Positions 11,001 through 24,561 of a stretch of DNA of 64,000 nucleotides are shown piece by piece. The stretch comes from Hyaloraphidium curvatum SAG 235-1 (taxonomy: Eukaryota > Fungi > Monoblepharomycota), in assembly GCA_025558095.1 (NCBI GenBank), contig JAIVFI010000007.1:620001-684000 (forward strand). Direction: 5' to 3'. A program made the position numbers and the translations under genes. Positions within the stretch are counted from its first letter, which is position 1. Each line of letters opens with the position of its first letter. The notes below the pieces were generated by a model. The model was given only the letters and a program-made list of their open reading frames with translations. It made no database searches and had not been told where the DNA came from.

Positions 11001-12800
11001 ATGACATTCGTGGCGAGCCGCTCAGTGCTACTTCGAACAATCGCGTTCAAAAGCATTGGACCAGGCACGCTTCTTCGTGGCCGGACTGCCGGCTTCTGCT
11101 CGGCGTCCTTGTTATACGCTGGACGCGGTTCGGCGCCTCTGCGCCATTCCATTGTGCTTCCGCGCGGACCCTCTTCCCCGGTTTGGATGAGCAAGAGCGG
11201 GACTCCCAACCTGCAGCATCGCAAACCTCGGCCGGCCGGACCCGAGGCATCCAGCAGCGCGGCACGGACCTACTCGACGCGAGGCGGCGGCAGGTCTTCC
11301 AACACCGTCATCTTCCTGGTCGCGACCGGGCTCGCGGTGGCCGGTGTTGCGTACTACGCGTTCTTGCGACCATCCGACGCGGGCCCGCAACCGGCGCAGC
11401 CCACACCCGAGGCAAACATGGCCCTGGACGCCATCAACAAGCGCCTGCGAGAGAAGGAGAGCGTGCACCCGGTCGGCGGCGGTTCGGTGGTCGCCAAGTA
11501 CGAGATGAATTACATTCCGTCCAACAGTGAGCAACGTGGCGCGTTCCTATGAGTCTGGAATCGTTGATAAACTCCCCCACGCGTCAGACCCCTTCGAAGA
11601 CCGGCACGACGAGAAGCGATCGTTGAGCGGCAACCGCTTCTACTTTGGCATGTACGACGGCCACGGTGGTTGGGAAGCGGCGACCTTGGTGCAAGAGTAC
11701 CTCACCGCCTACGTTGCATATGAGGTCGAAGCCGCGGTCGGCGCGAAGGAGCTGCCTCTCGACGCCAAGCTCACGCCTGAGCAGCACAAGCAGCGCAAGG
11801 AGCTCATCGACAAGGCCATAACCACGGCCTACGAGCGCCTGGACGCCGACCTGCTCAACGGTTCCCTCGTGCTCCCGGGCACTTCCGACAAGGCTTCGCT
11901 GGCCGATCAGATGCGCGCGAGCTTCGCAGGTGCCTGCGCCCTCATGGCCTTCATCGACGGGAAGGATCTGTACGTCGCACTCGCCGGGGATGCCAGGGCG
12001 GTTCTGGGCAGGAGGGCAAAGTGGGGCTGGGAGACGGTGCAGCTCTCGCAGGACCAGACCCCTCGAAACCCCGAAGAGTACCGTCGCCTTTTGTTGGAGC
12101 ATCCCGGGGAGGAGTTTTCGGTGGTGGTGCGGGGCAGGGTCTTGGGAGGTTTGATGCCTAGCCGTGCCTTTGGGTACGTTTTGCTTCTGTGCCGTGCCTA
12201 AAGTGGTCTGACGGTTGCTCCAGCGACTCGAGGTACAAGTATTCGATCGACGTCATGACGAAGCTGCTGGGAACCGCGACGTCCCGAAACATGCCCCGCA
12301 ACTACCTCACCCCGCCTTACGTCACCGCGAAGCCCGTGATTGTGCACCACGAGCTCGATGACCGGGACTCGTTCATGGTTCTGGCGACGGACGGCTTGTG
12401 GGACAATCTGGGGAACGAGGAGGTGGTGGAAATGGTCGCCGATCTGCTGGAGAAGCGGAAACCCACGTCCCTCAACCAGCCGGGCCTCTACGCGAAGCTG
12501 GACACGAACTCTGCCACGCACCTCATTCGCAACAGTCTCGGAGGCTCGGAACAGGAGCGGGTCAACTGGTTGCTGAACTTGCAGGCACCCATCTCGCGGC
12601 AGTACAGGGACGACGTAACGGTCACGGTGGTCTTCTTTGACCGCGAAGCCTTGGGTGGGCGGAAACCCGCAGAGGGACCGGAAGGGGAGATGATGGTGGT
12701 CGATCCCAAGAAAGGGGACCCCAAAACGAAGAAGCCACGGCTGGCCACGTGGTTGCAGATGGCCGAGTCGGAAAGGGCAAAGGCCCGGGCAAAGCTCTGA
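11001..12800 (+). CDS. PTC5: PP2C-family phosphatase, pyruvate dehydrogenase phosphatase / Ptc5-like
   Basis: EDR, FGMYDGHGG, AGDARAVLG, LMPSRAFG|D, TPPYVTAKP, LATDGLWD, YRDDVTV; basic presequence plus TM segment; ends in AKL. Confidence 0.88.
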
Positions 12801-12857
12801 CGAAGCGTGTTCATCCAGTCCGACAAAGAAGATATCTATCGCTTCTCCTGGGTATCT

Positions 12858-13968
<1,111 letters not shown>

Positions 13969-14099
13969 CGCGGGGAAGTGTTGTTGCCGCGCGCGTCACT
14001 CTATCGGCAGCACAAGCGATTCGACCTGCTGGGCCGGCTCCTACCGTCGCAACGGGCGAGCAACCGGCTGCGAGTCGCGTCGCGACCGATCGAATCGCG

Positions 14100-15226
14100 A
14101 TGGCCGGAAACGACGATGACCTCGACGACCTGCTCGACAGTGGGCGGACGCGCGCGGGCCAAAGGTCTCCCGCTCACCGCTCCGGCAGACGTGCTGGACG
14201 ATTTCTCGAAGCCGGCGCCGGCGCCCTCCAGCGTCCGGCCCAGCGCGCCGCCGCCGGCCATGCCGGGCTTCGAGGACCCGGAGCTGGACGACGAGCTCGC
14301 GAAGCAGCTGGCGGCGGGCATGGAGCAGCTGATGTCCAACATGGAGGAGCACCCGGAGCTGAAGCAGCAGATGGAGGCGCTCATGGGGACGCTGGGGAAT
14401 GACATGCTGGGGCTTCCGGGGCTGGGAGCGGCCGGCCCGTCCTCCTCGTCGGCATCCAAGGGCAAGTCCAAGCCCCCCGAGGCACCGGCTGCCAGCAAAG
14501 AAGGGCCGGCAAACGGCGATGCGTTCCAGAACAAGATCCAGGACACCTTGAACAAGCTTCGGAATAGCCAGGAGAAGGTCGGGGTGGGTACCGAACGCCG
14601 ACCGTACCTCGGACGGCCGATGAAGTCGCCTCGTCCTGCAGGCGGAGGTCATGGACGGCATGATGTCGGATGATATGATGGCCGAGATGATGAGGCAGAT
14701 GGAGGGCCTCATGGAGTCCGGGGAGCTCAACAACGTGATGGAGGGGATGATGGAACAGCTCATGACCAAGGACGTCCTTTACGAACCCATGAAGGACCTC
14801 GCTGACAAGGTGACGCGCAGTGCCGTCGACCTGCCGAACTACCAAGGATTGCTGACGCTTGTGACGGTCTCCTCGCCTTTCAATCGCACCAGTACCCCTC
14901 GTGGCTGGAGGCCAACAAGGGGAAGGTCCCCGCCGAGGACTTCATGAAGTACGAGCGGCAGTTCGACATCGTCTCGCGCATAGTCCGGATCTACGAGGCT
15001 TCCGAGACCACCTCGGGCGACGACCTCAAGCGGGTGGCCGACCTGATGGCGCAGATGCAGGAGACGGGCAACCCGCCGGACGACATCATCAAGGAGCTCG
15101 CGCCGGACATGGAGTTTGGGCCGGACGGACCGAAGTGGGTCTGGTTGCTCTATTCGGTTGGGCATCAAATGACGGGACGTCCGCAGGCTTCCCGATATGA
15201 ACTCGAAGGATTGCACCATCATGTGA
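14100..15226 (+). CDS. PEX19: Peroxisomal membrane protein import receptor Pex19
   Basis: DDLDDLLD..LDDF N-terminus, MMEQLMTKDVLYEPMK, MQETGNPP; spliced last exon ends in the CaaX box CTIM*. Confidence 0.92.
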
Positions 15227-15436
15227 AGCTTTAGACCTGGATGTTTCTTGACGTGAAGAGTTCTCTTGCTGGCTTTTCTTTCCTTTCCCTCTGTCCCTTG
15301 CTCAAGCACTGGCCGCCTCTGGGTTGTCCCATTGCAGAATGCAGGAGCCCCTAATCATTGACTTGCATCTGGGAGGATTCCAGCCCACAACTGAGGCCGT
15401 AACGATGGGAAAGAGCTGGGGAAGGTGCTCCTTAAC

Positions 15437-16724
15437 ATGATCGGCGAGGGTGCGGAAGGAAAGAAGCTGGACTTCCCACGTGTGGTTGGGCTGGGTCAAC
15501 AAGCAACGCAAGGGGAATACCCCCTAGTTATAATGCTCGTCCTTCCCAACCTTCTGTCCGGACGCGAGCTGTCCAAGCTCTTCGTCATCGAGCACACGAT
15601 CGAGTGCCCCGCAGCGGCCCTGGTGTCCGATGCCGTCTGCCACGCGCTCAACCGGTACGGGACGCGCCGGCGTGACCGCGGCCCCGGTGACGCGTGCGGG
15701 CGGCAGGAACGAGCGTGTGCTGTTCTGCGTCCAGGACTCGACGGAGGCGAGATGGAAGAGGGCATTCGAGCCGTTGGTCGGGGAGAAGATTGGGAGGATG
15801 GCCTGGCATCGCTTCCGGGGAGGACAGGCGAAAGGGGAGCTCGCGAGGCTGGTCCAGGCCGCGGAGGACATTCTCGGATCCAATCGGGACTGTCGGTATT
15901 AGTTGCTTGCAATCGTCTGGAGCGGCTCGTATCTGATTTCGGGCCACGGACGGAAACGGGGCATCCTTTCCGTCGTCGACAGCTCGAGTCTTGGTCGTCT
16001 TTGAATCCCTGCACTTTCATCACTTTCGAATACCCCTGGCGGACGTTGCTCGGCTTCTCGGGCAGCTTCTCAATGTGCTGCAAGGTATGGTTCTGCCATC
16101 GGCACCGGGCTGTGGAGACGAGGCCCACCGAACACGCCACGGGCAGATCGCGGTCGAATAGTGGCTCAGTACCACTCCGACCTGCCGTTCCTCGGCGAAG
16201 AGGACACGCGATTCGTGTACGACCCCGCCGAGGTGCTCTGGAGCGTCGCCACGAGCTACGTCGTCCTTTCCAACGCCGATTCGGAGCGGTCGGGCAATAC
16301 GAGGGTCGCGGAGGCCTCGCTGGGGCTCAAGAAGCCATCCGGCAAGATCGTTCACGAGGCAAGGCGACATTTGGTGGCAATCGCTGGGAGACAGCTCATG
16401 CATTCGCCGCCCATTCCACAGACTGCCATGGTCCGCTGGTCGGGCCTCAAAGTCCTCGGCATCCAGCCTCCCGCCCAAGCAGCCGCGAAATCCTCGGCAG
16501 CAGCGCCAATGGTACGCCCTCCACCCTGCCGGCAGCGATCCCCTGCCAACGCTCTCCTCCCGCAGCCCGAGTCTTCCTTCAACCTCTCCCTCACCGAGCA
16601 GCAGCGCGCCGCCCGCGACCGCGTCGTCCTCCCCTTTATGAAGGCGCAGACCGAGGGCTACACCATCGAGTACACGGCCGGCAGCGACGAGGGGGAGGAT
16701 CCCGACGGGGACCTGGAGGTCTGA
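15437..16724 (+). CDS. ELP5: Elongator complex subunit Elp5 (Iki1)-like
   Basis: KKPSGK motif; C-terminal SFNLSLTEQQRAARDRVVLPF...EDPDGDLEV; start codon uncertain. Confidence 0.7.
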
Positions 16725-16879
16725 AGGGTCCGCTGTGCCCCGCAAGCCGCCCAGAAAGGAATTGCGAGCGCTGCTAGGAAGGCGCCTTGGCCGACGGGGA
16801 CCTGGAGGTCTGAAGGGTCCGCTGTGCCCCGCAAGCCGCCCAGAAAGGAATTGCGAGCGCTGCTAGGAAGGCGCCTTGG
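16702..16879. repeat. Perfect 89-bp tandem duplication (2 copies)
   Basis: ccgacggggacctggagg...gctaggaaggcgccttgg at 16702-16790 and again at 16791-16879. Confidence 0.95.
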
Positions 16880-17380
16880 CGTCCGGATCTGCGGGTCCGC
16901 CCGACGGATCGCCGTTCGGTCCCTCCGGGGAACCGTGCTTGTGCGGGCACCCCTCGTCGTGCTTGTGCCGGTGCTTCTTCGCCTTCTTCCTCCGGGCATG
17001 GGGTTCCCTCTCGTAGGCATTCGGAAGATCGCTGTCGTCGGAGGATCCCTCGGAGGAGGAGGAGGACTCCCCGAAGGCGCGGTTGGGGTGGAAGATGCAG
17101 CACACTGCCCCGGCGAACCCGTCAGCCCCCGCGGCGCCCGCGTTACGATGCGATGCCCACCCTTGCTCTTTTTCCGGTTCAGCTTCTCGTTGTCCACCAC
17201 GTTCTCGTCCCACTGCACCCGTCGCCCGTCCGAGGCGGGCTCGGCCTGCAGCAGCAGCGTGCCGGACTCGGGGAGCGCGGTCGCGGGGGGCTGCTGAACC
17301 GTCTGCGTCTGTGTAGTGGTCGCTGCGGCCGGCCGGACCGCCGTGGCGGCCAGGAGAGGGGGCCTCGTGGTCGACGTCAT
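16863..17380 (-). CDS. YPI1: Type 1 phosphatase regulator Ypi1 / inhibitor-3 (PPP1R11)
   Basis: RRVQWDENVVDNEKLNRKKSK|VCCIFH, acidic Ser tract, PNAYER. Confidence 0.92.
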
Positions 17381-17463
17381 TTGGGTAGTCCACGAGCCTT
17401 GATTCGAAAAATCTTTAGCGCGAACCACCCCGACCTGCTGCGCGCTCTCGCCCCTCGGCAGCC

Positions 17464-18823
17464 ATGGGCAAGAAGAAGAAGGCCAAGAAGGAGCTCAAGC
17501 CGTGGTGCTGGTGAGCCCCTCCCGCCGCGCCCCGCCCCCGGCCCGCGCTGACCCTCCCGCCCCAACGTCGCGCAGGTACTGCGACCGCGAGTTCGAGGAC
17601 GAAAAGGTCCTCATCAACCACCAGAAGGCCAAGCACTTCCAGTGCACAATATGCCACAAGCGGCTCAACACCGCGGGCGGGCTGGTGGTGCACGCGATGC
17701 AGGTGCACAAGGAGACCGTGAAGACGTGGGTTCCCCCTCCGCTGCCCGCCGCGGGAGACCCGTGCTGACCCCTCCTTGCCGCGAAAAAGGATCGAAAACA
17801 CGCTCCCGGGCCGCGAGAGCTCCGAGATCGAGATCTTTGGGATGGAGGGGGTGCCGGACGACGACCTCGCGCGGCACATCGCCGAGGTCGAGGCGAGGGA
17901 CAACCCCAACAAGAAGCCGCGGACGGACGGGGGGCCGGGGTTCGGGGCGTTTCCGTACGGCGCGCCGGGGGGGTTTCCGGGGATGCCGTGGGTGTCGTTT
18001 CTAGGCCGTTCCGTGGTCCGTGCGGTGCTCTGACCGGCGATCGGGTTGCTTTTTCGGGTGCAGTGGAGCGCCTTTCGGGATGCCTGGGTGGGTTTCGCAT
18101 CCGTAGCCTGTCGGACGCCTCGCCGGACTCATCGATTGCGCCCCACGCGGACAGGATGCCGCCCGGTTTCCCTCCCATGCCTCCTGCGATGCCGTTCCCG
18201 GGGATGATGCCTGGGATGCCTCCGATGCCCGGCATGCCTCCTCCGATGCCGGCCATGCCGCCCGCGATGCCTGCGATGCCCCCCGCGATGCCCGCGATGC
18301 CTCCCCCGTTTCCGCCCGCCGGGTGAGTATGCGCCTTACTTTTGAGAAGTGTTGTCGACGAAGCTGACTATTGACATTTCCACGACAGAGTTCCGCCCCC
18401 GGGATGGCAGCCCGCCCCTGCCCCCGGCCTCCCCCCATCCTTCCCACCCCCCGGCCTCCCCGGCGTCCCACCTCCCGGCCCAGGCATGCCTCCCTCCCTC
18501 CCTCCCTCGCTCCCCGTTCCGCCGGGAATGCCGGTCCCACCGAGCGCGGACGGCGGCGCGTCCCAAGTAGGTGGTGCCGGCGCGGGCGCTGATGCGGCGC
18601 AGGATCCGTTCGCGGCGGGGGGGAAGAGGGCGCCGGGACCGGGGGAGCAGGTGCTGGTCTACGACGACAACGAGGTGTCGGTGGTGGGTGTCTGTGCGGG
18701 CCCTGGTCATCGAATCCGATCGCTGACCAGCCGTTTCGCTCGTTCGGCCACTTTTGCCACCCACAGGAGGAGAAGCGGGCGCAGCTGCCCATGTACCGCG
18801 TCGAGGACGACGAGGAGGACTGA
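17464..18823 (+). CDS. BuGZ/ZNF207-like C2H2 zinc-finger protein
   Basis: MGKKKK..KPWCW|[47 protein letters not shown], Pro/Met-rich middle, [14 protein letters not shown]. Confidence 0.9.
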
Positions 18824-19291
18824 TTGCGGCGGCGGAGCACGGTGCAGTGCGTAGCTGCGAGCGCCCGACGCGCCGCCGCCCGCCGGCTGCATCGTCCGGC
18901 GTGCCGCAGAGGGCGGGGCCAAGTGGGAGCGCGTGGGCAGGCTGGTTTGAAGGGCCGATCGGACCGCGGGGCGCGCCCCCGCGCTCAAGGTACGCGAGCG
19001 AGGTAGGCCGGTCGCAGTCGTTCGGGTGTAGCGGTGTGAAAGAGACGGGTAGAGCGCAGATCGGGGAGGGGAAAGGTTGATCTGGTGTTGCCCCCGCCGC
19101 CAGAACCGTTCGAGTGCCTGCCACCCAGAGCGGCAACCGTCCACAACCGGAAGCGCCGGCCGTCGCAGCGCATCCTCCGACCTGTGCGGTTAGCACGGCC
19201 TTAAGTGGCAGATAGGCGGCCTAGCACAGGCAGCCCACGCACCGGCGCATCTCCCCCGCGGACGGCACCCCCGCTGCCCCCGCCTGCTGAG

Positions 19292-21037
19292 ATGGCCGGG
19301 CAGCCGGCCGACCCGTTCTTGGCCGGCGACGTCCGATCGAACACCGACGACTCGCTGGAGAACTACAAGCCGCCGGCGGACCCGCCCGCCATGGCGCCGG
19401 CGGCGTCGACCGACTACGCGGCGCTCGGCGGGCTCGAGACGCCGACCGCGCAGTTCTTCGGCGGCGGCTGGGAGGACGCGCCGGCGCCGCCGCAGCTGTC
19501 GGTCGAGCAGTACTTCTCGGCGCAGCGCTCCGACACGGGCGGCTCGCAGGGGCTGCCGCCGCCGACCATGCAGCCCGGCCTGTCGCCCAACAGCCTGAGC
19601 CCCGCCATGATCGCCGTGCGCTCCGGCGAGTCCGCCTCGTCGGTCACCGACTCGGACGAGTTCTCGGACTACTCGTCCGGCTCGTCGGCGTCGCACTTCA
19701 TCCAGGACGCAAACGGCAACCTGCTGCAGATCCCCATGCGCGGCGTCGCCCGCCGCGCCTCCGAGCCCGACCGCGCCGGCTTCCTCGCGCCCTCGCGCTC
19801 GTACGAGAACCTCTCGGTGCGGACCTCGGGCGGCGCCCAGCCGGACATCCACCACGCACACGCCGGCGTGCTCTCCACCACCATCCCGCGCGCCCCCTCG
19901 CCGCAGCTCGTCATGATGACCTCGCCCATGATCCGCGCCATCCCCTCGCCCGGCTTCTCGCCAAGCCCCTCGCCTTCCCCCGCGGGCAGCCCCTCGCTGG
20001 GCGAGCAGTCGGTCTCGCCGCTGGCGGCGCAGATGTCCGCATTCGAGCTGAACCGCCGCTCGCGCGCCCTGACCCCCGAGGAGGTCCTCGACGAGTTCAT
20101 AAAGCTCGAGCGGCCGTACACGCCCACCGCGGGCCTCGAGGGCGGCCTGGCCGCCGTGCAGGGCCGCCTGTCGCCGGGCCCGGCGCAGCAGCAGAAGAAG
20201 AGGAAGGAGTCGGACCGCGCGTCGCAGTCGGGCTTGTCGGGGGACGAGGGGGACAAGCCGGCGAGGCAGACGCTGTACGCGTGCCCGTACCCGGGGTGCG
20301 GCAAGAGCTTCACGCGGCCGTACAACCTCAAGAGCCACTACCGGAGGTGCGTCGCGCAGGCGATCGGGGAATTCCGTGCGCTGACTTCTTTGCAGTCACA
20401 CGGGGGAGCGGCCGTACGCGTGCTCGACCTGCCCGCTGACATTCAGCAGGAAGCACGACCTCAAGAGGTGCGTTGAACCGCTGCATGGCCTGCCGGCATC
20501 GAATTAACCCGCTGTTGCGTTACCAGACACGAAAAGCTGCACACCGGCGCCAAGCCCTTCACCTGCATCGCCTGCGGCAAGTCCTTTGCCCGCTCCGACG
20601 CCCTCGCGCGCCACCTCAAGTCCGAGCCCGGCAAGGAGTCCCCCTGCGCGGTGCGCATCAACCTCATGAACGCCCGCGAGAAGTTCGCCGAGGCCGCCGC
20701 CCGGCGGGACGAGGAGGCCGGCGCGCAGGCGGCCGCCCTGCAGGGGTTCTCGGACGAGTCGGCGTCCGAGGCCGCCGCGTCCCCGGCCTACTCTGCGGGA
20801 TACGGCGCCGTGGGCACCCCGCAGGTGTACGCGCTGCAGCCCGCCGGCCAGCCGGGGACCGTGCTGGGGCTGTACCAGGCGATGCCGGGGTTCCAGCCGG
20901 CGTTCGTGCAGGGGATGCCGATGCAGGGGATGCCGGTGCAGGGGATGCCCGTGCAGGGGTACGAGGGCATGTACGGGCCGGTGACGTTCGTGCAGGGGTT
21001 CCAGGGCATGCCGCAGCAGCGTCCGCCTGGGACGTAG
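19292..21037 (+). CDS. C2H2 zinc-finger transcription factor, Crz1-like
   Basis: CPYPGCGKSFTRPYNLKSH, CSTCPLTFSRKHDLKRH, CIACGKSFARSDALARH; Ser/Pro-rich N-terminus. Confidence 0.8.
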
Positions 21038-21216
21038 AGAAGTGTAGGCGGAGTAGTAGTATATTCGTTTGCGTTCGATCCGTCCGATCGCTGGCCGTGG
21101 CCGCGTGACGAGCCGTGGGTGCGGTTCGGCCGTTGCGGCGTTGCTGCTCGTCTCCTTCACCCCGAGCCGCCACTACCCCGCCAGCTCCCTCTCGTCTTCC
21201 CTCTCCCGCCTCCACG

Positions 21217-21981
21217 ATGGCCGGGGACGATCTATCACCACCAGGTTCGCATCGACCTCCCACGCGGGCGGCGCGCGGGGAGGACGGGACGCGGCGCCGG
21301 GAGGACGACGCGCGGCGCGGCATCCCGCATCGCGTCCACCGAGCCGCCCGGTTGGTCTGGAGGAGATGGAGGCGGACGGGAGAGAAGTGCGGCGCGGCCT
21401 GCGCGGGAGGGACGGCGCGCGGGATGCCGCGGGGGGCCGTGGCGGGCGGTCGGCGGGCGCGGGCACACGAGCGGCACGGGGACGGGCTGGCCGGTGCTCG
21501 GACGAGGAAGGACGTTCATTGGAAGGCGGTGCTGCGGATCGGGAGGCCGGGATGCGGCCCGTTCGGGGTGCCAGAGGGGCAACCTCCGCTGCCGAGAACC
21601 CGCTGGACGGAGAGACGGGCCGCTAATCTCCTTTCCCCCCCGTTTAGAAATGAAGGTCTCGCGCGAGGACATGCGCAAGGCCCGGGTGCCGCTGAATCGC
21701 CGGGACTACTGCGCGCACCTGTGGATCGACCTGGAAAAGTGCCGGCAGGAGACGTACCGCTGGCCGTGGCACTGCGGGACGGAGCAGCACAACTACGACT
21801 ACTGCGTATACCAGGAGTGGGTGGACTGCCGGCGGGTGCGCTGGTGGATGCTGATGCCGTGTTGCTTCGGCCCCTCCTCTCCCTCGTCGCCTTTGCTTCG
21901 GTGTGTTGTGCTGGTTGGCGTGCGATCGGCAGGCTGGAGCGGCGGATGCGCATAGCGGCGGCGGCCAAGCAGCGGGCGTAG
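21217..21981 (+). CDS. NDUFB7: NADH:ubiquinone oxidoreductase subunit B18
   Basis: MAGDDLSPP|EMKVSREDMRKARVPLNRRDYCAHLWIDLEKC...C..EQHNYDYC (twin CX9C); first intron 21245-21647. Confidence 0.88.
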   Translation: MAGDDLSPPGSHRPPTRAARGEDGTRRREDDARRGIPHRVHRAARLVWRRWRRTGEKCGAACAGGTARGMPRGAVAGGRRARAHERHGDGLAGARTRKDVHWKAVLRIGRPGCGPFGVPEGQPPLPRTRWTERRAANLLSPPFRNEGLARGHAQGPGAAESPGLLRAPVDRPGKVPAGDVPLAVALRDGAAQLRLLRIPGVGGLPAGALVDADAVLLRPLLSLVAFASVCCAGWRAIGRLERRMRIAAAAKQRA

Positions 21982-22287
21982 GGTGGCTTGGATGGAATGA
22001 GAACGAGTCCGGGTCGACGAGGAGCGAAGGAAGTCCGTGTGATGGTGCGAAGCACCGGGCGGGTCCGCGACAGTCAGTGCGTGGAACGCATCCCATCCAG
22101 CGTTTCCGGGCCGGCGGCCGCGATGGCGTCCCGCGTGCGCGCCTGAGGAGGCCGCCGCGGCAGCAGCAGCCAGCAGCCAGCGCGGGGGCCGCGTGTTTGC
22201 GGGCGGGGCCCGGGAACCCTCTCTCTCCTATGCCGCGACAGGCGCCGCCCGTATCGCCGCGCAGACCGCTCTAGGCGCCGCTCAAGG

Positions 22288-24403
22288 ATGGCGGCCGCGC
22301 GCGCGGGGTATCCGAACTACTCGGCGCCGTCGCCGACGCCGTCGGGCGCCGCGATGTCGCCGCCCGGCGCGCCGTTCGCGCTGTACGGCGCGCCGCAGCC
22401 GGCATTCCGCCCGGGCCAGAAGGCGCCGCCGCCGCACCTCCTCGCGCAGGCGTCGCTGGGCGCGCAGCAGGCAGCGGGCCAGACCGCGCACATCCAGCGC
22501 CAGCTGGACGCCGCCGCCCTCTCGCGCCAGTCCGCGTCGCCGCACCACCACGCACGCATGCAGCGCACCGCAGCCCGCGAGGACGCAAACGGCCGCGAGC
22601 CCGCGCAGAACGGCGACGCCCGCCACCAGTGGACAACGCTGGACCTCGGCGGCATGGCCATCCGCAACCTCAGCAGGGAGCTCTTCCGCTACTCCTTCCT
22701 CACCACACTCTACCTCAACCACAACCAGCTGGCCGCGCTGCCGCCGCAGATTTCCGCCCTCAAGCACCTCGTGCGCCTCGACGTGTCGGGCAACCGCCTG
22801 ACCTCGCTGCCGCCGGAGCTGGGCATGCTCTCCTTCCTCAAGGAGCTGCTGCTGTTCGACAACCAGCTGGCAACCCTGCCCCCCGAGATCGGCTTCCTGT
22901 TCCAGCTCGACAACCTGGGCCTCGAGGGCAACCCGATCCAGGAGCCCATCCTCGGGCTCCTGCAGAAGGACGGGACCCAGGGCGTCGTCACGTACCTGCG
23001 GGATACGTGCCCTGGTGGGTGCCCGCAGGGCAACGCAGCCCGGTTCGTCGCTGACCGCGCCCATGCAGTGCCTCCGGCGCCCCCGGATCGGGAGTGGATC
23101 TACCTGGAGGACGACGTCAGCTTCTCGTCGAGCGACTCGTTCACCGTGCTCTCGTACAACGTCCTGTGCGACAAGTACGCCCCCGCCTCCTCGTACCAGT
23201 ACTGCCCCTCGTGGGCCCTGCAGTGGGACTACCGCAAGGACCTCATCGTGTCCGAGATCGTCTCGTACAACGCCGACGTGGTGTGCCTGCAGGAGATCGA
23301 GATGGGGCAGTACGAGGAGTACTTTGCGCCGCAGCTGCGGGCAAACGAGTACGAGGGCGTGTTCTTCCCCAAGTCGAGGGCGAGGACCATGTCCGAGGCC
23401 GAGAAGAGGGCGGTGGACGGGTGCGCGACTTTTTTCAAGTCCAGCAAGTGGGTCTCCGGCACTGTGCGGGCCCGCGGGACCTCGGCTGACGTCGGCCCGC
23501 TTTCCAGGTTCACGCTGGTCGAGAAGCACCTGATCGAGTTCCAGCGGATCCCGATGGAGCGGCCCGAGTTCCGCAAGTCGGACGACATGTTCAACCGCGT
23601 GACGCTGCGGGACAACATCGCCGTCATCACGTTCCTGGAGAACAAGGAGACCAAGAGCAGGGTGCTCATCGCCAACGGTGGGTCGATGTGCCGCGCTTCG
23701 CGTGACCTTGCTCACCGCCCCCCCCCCCCCTACAGCCCACCTGCATTGGGACCCCTCGTTCCGGGACGTGAAGCTGGTGCAGACGTCCATGCTCACGGAC
23801 GAGCTCCAGCGCGTCATCTCGGCCTACGCCAACCTCCCGCCCCGCCACCCCCTCCACGCCTACTACCAGCAGAACCCGTCCCGGCTCCCCCTGCTGGTCG
23901 TCGGCGACTTCAACTCGACCCCCGACAGCGGCGTGTACGAGTTCATGTCCCGCGGCACGGTCAACAAGGACCACGAGGACTTTCTGAACCACTCGTACTA
24001 CAACTCGACGTCGGACGTGACCCACAAGCTCCAGCTCAAGTCGTCCTACTCCCACATCGGCGAGCTGGCCTTCACCAACTACACCCCGACTTTCAAGGGC
24101 GTCATCGACTACATATGGTACTCGGTGCCCGGCGTCGCCGTCACGGGCCTGCTCGGCAACCTCGACGGCGGGTACATGGCCCGCCAGGTCGGCTTCCCCA
24201 ACTGGCACCACCCGTCGGACCACATCCCCGTCATGGCCGAGGTCCGCCTGCGCGGCCCGAACGCGGGGGGCGCGAGCGGGACGGGGCGGGGCGGGGAGGA
24301 CAGGTTGGCGCCGGCACCGGCGGGGCGCAGGCCGTCGGATCTGAGCGCGTTCGGGGGCGGGCTGGGGGGGAGGGGGTTCGGGCTGGGGGGCGCCCGGAAG
24401 TAG
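22288..24403 (+). CDS. CCR4: CCR4-NOT deadenylase subunit Ccr4 (LRR + EEP nuclease)
   Basis: LRR (LYLNHNQL, LDVSGNRL), SYNVLC, CLQE, HLHWDP, GDFNS, TNYTPTFKGVIDYIWY, PSDH. Confidence 0.95.
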
Positions 24404-24561
24404 GTTTCTTGCGGGGGCTGGGCCGCGGCGGACGGACGGGAGGAGGAGGAGAAAGAGGGATGGGATGTATATGATCGGAGGAGGATGGAGGTCGCTTGAA
24501 CAGCCGCGTGCGTGTGCGCGTCCGTCCGCGTGGTATATCGCCGCGCTGTCCGAGGTACACG

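Noticed and set aside
15135-15234. Intron-retained PEX19 ending in VKL instead of the CaaX box
   Set aside because: The spliced form gives the conserved CaaX; no evidence for retention
16702-16879. Direct repeat considered as a CRISPR array
   Set aside because: Two adjacent copies with no spacer, eukaryotic context, no cas genes
23718-23730. Poly-C tract in CCR4 that appears to shift the frame
   Set aside because: Lies inside an intron (polypyrimidine tract before TACAG)
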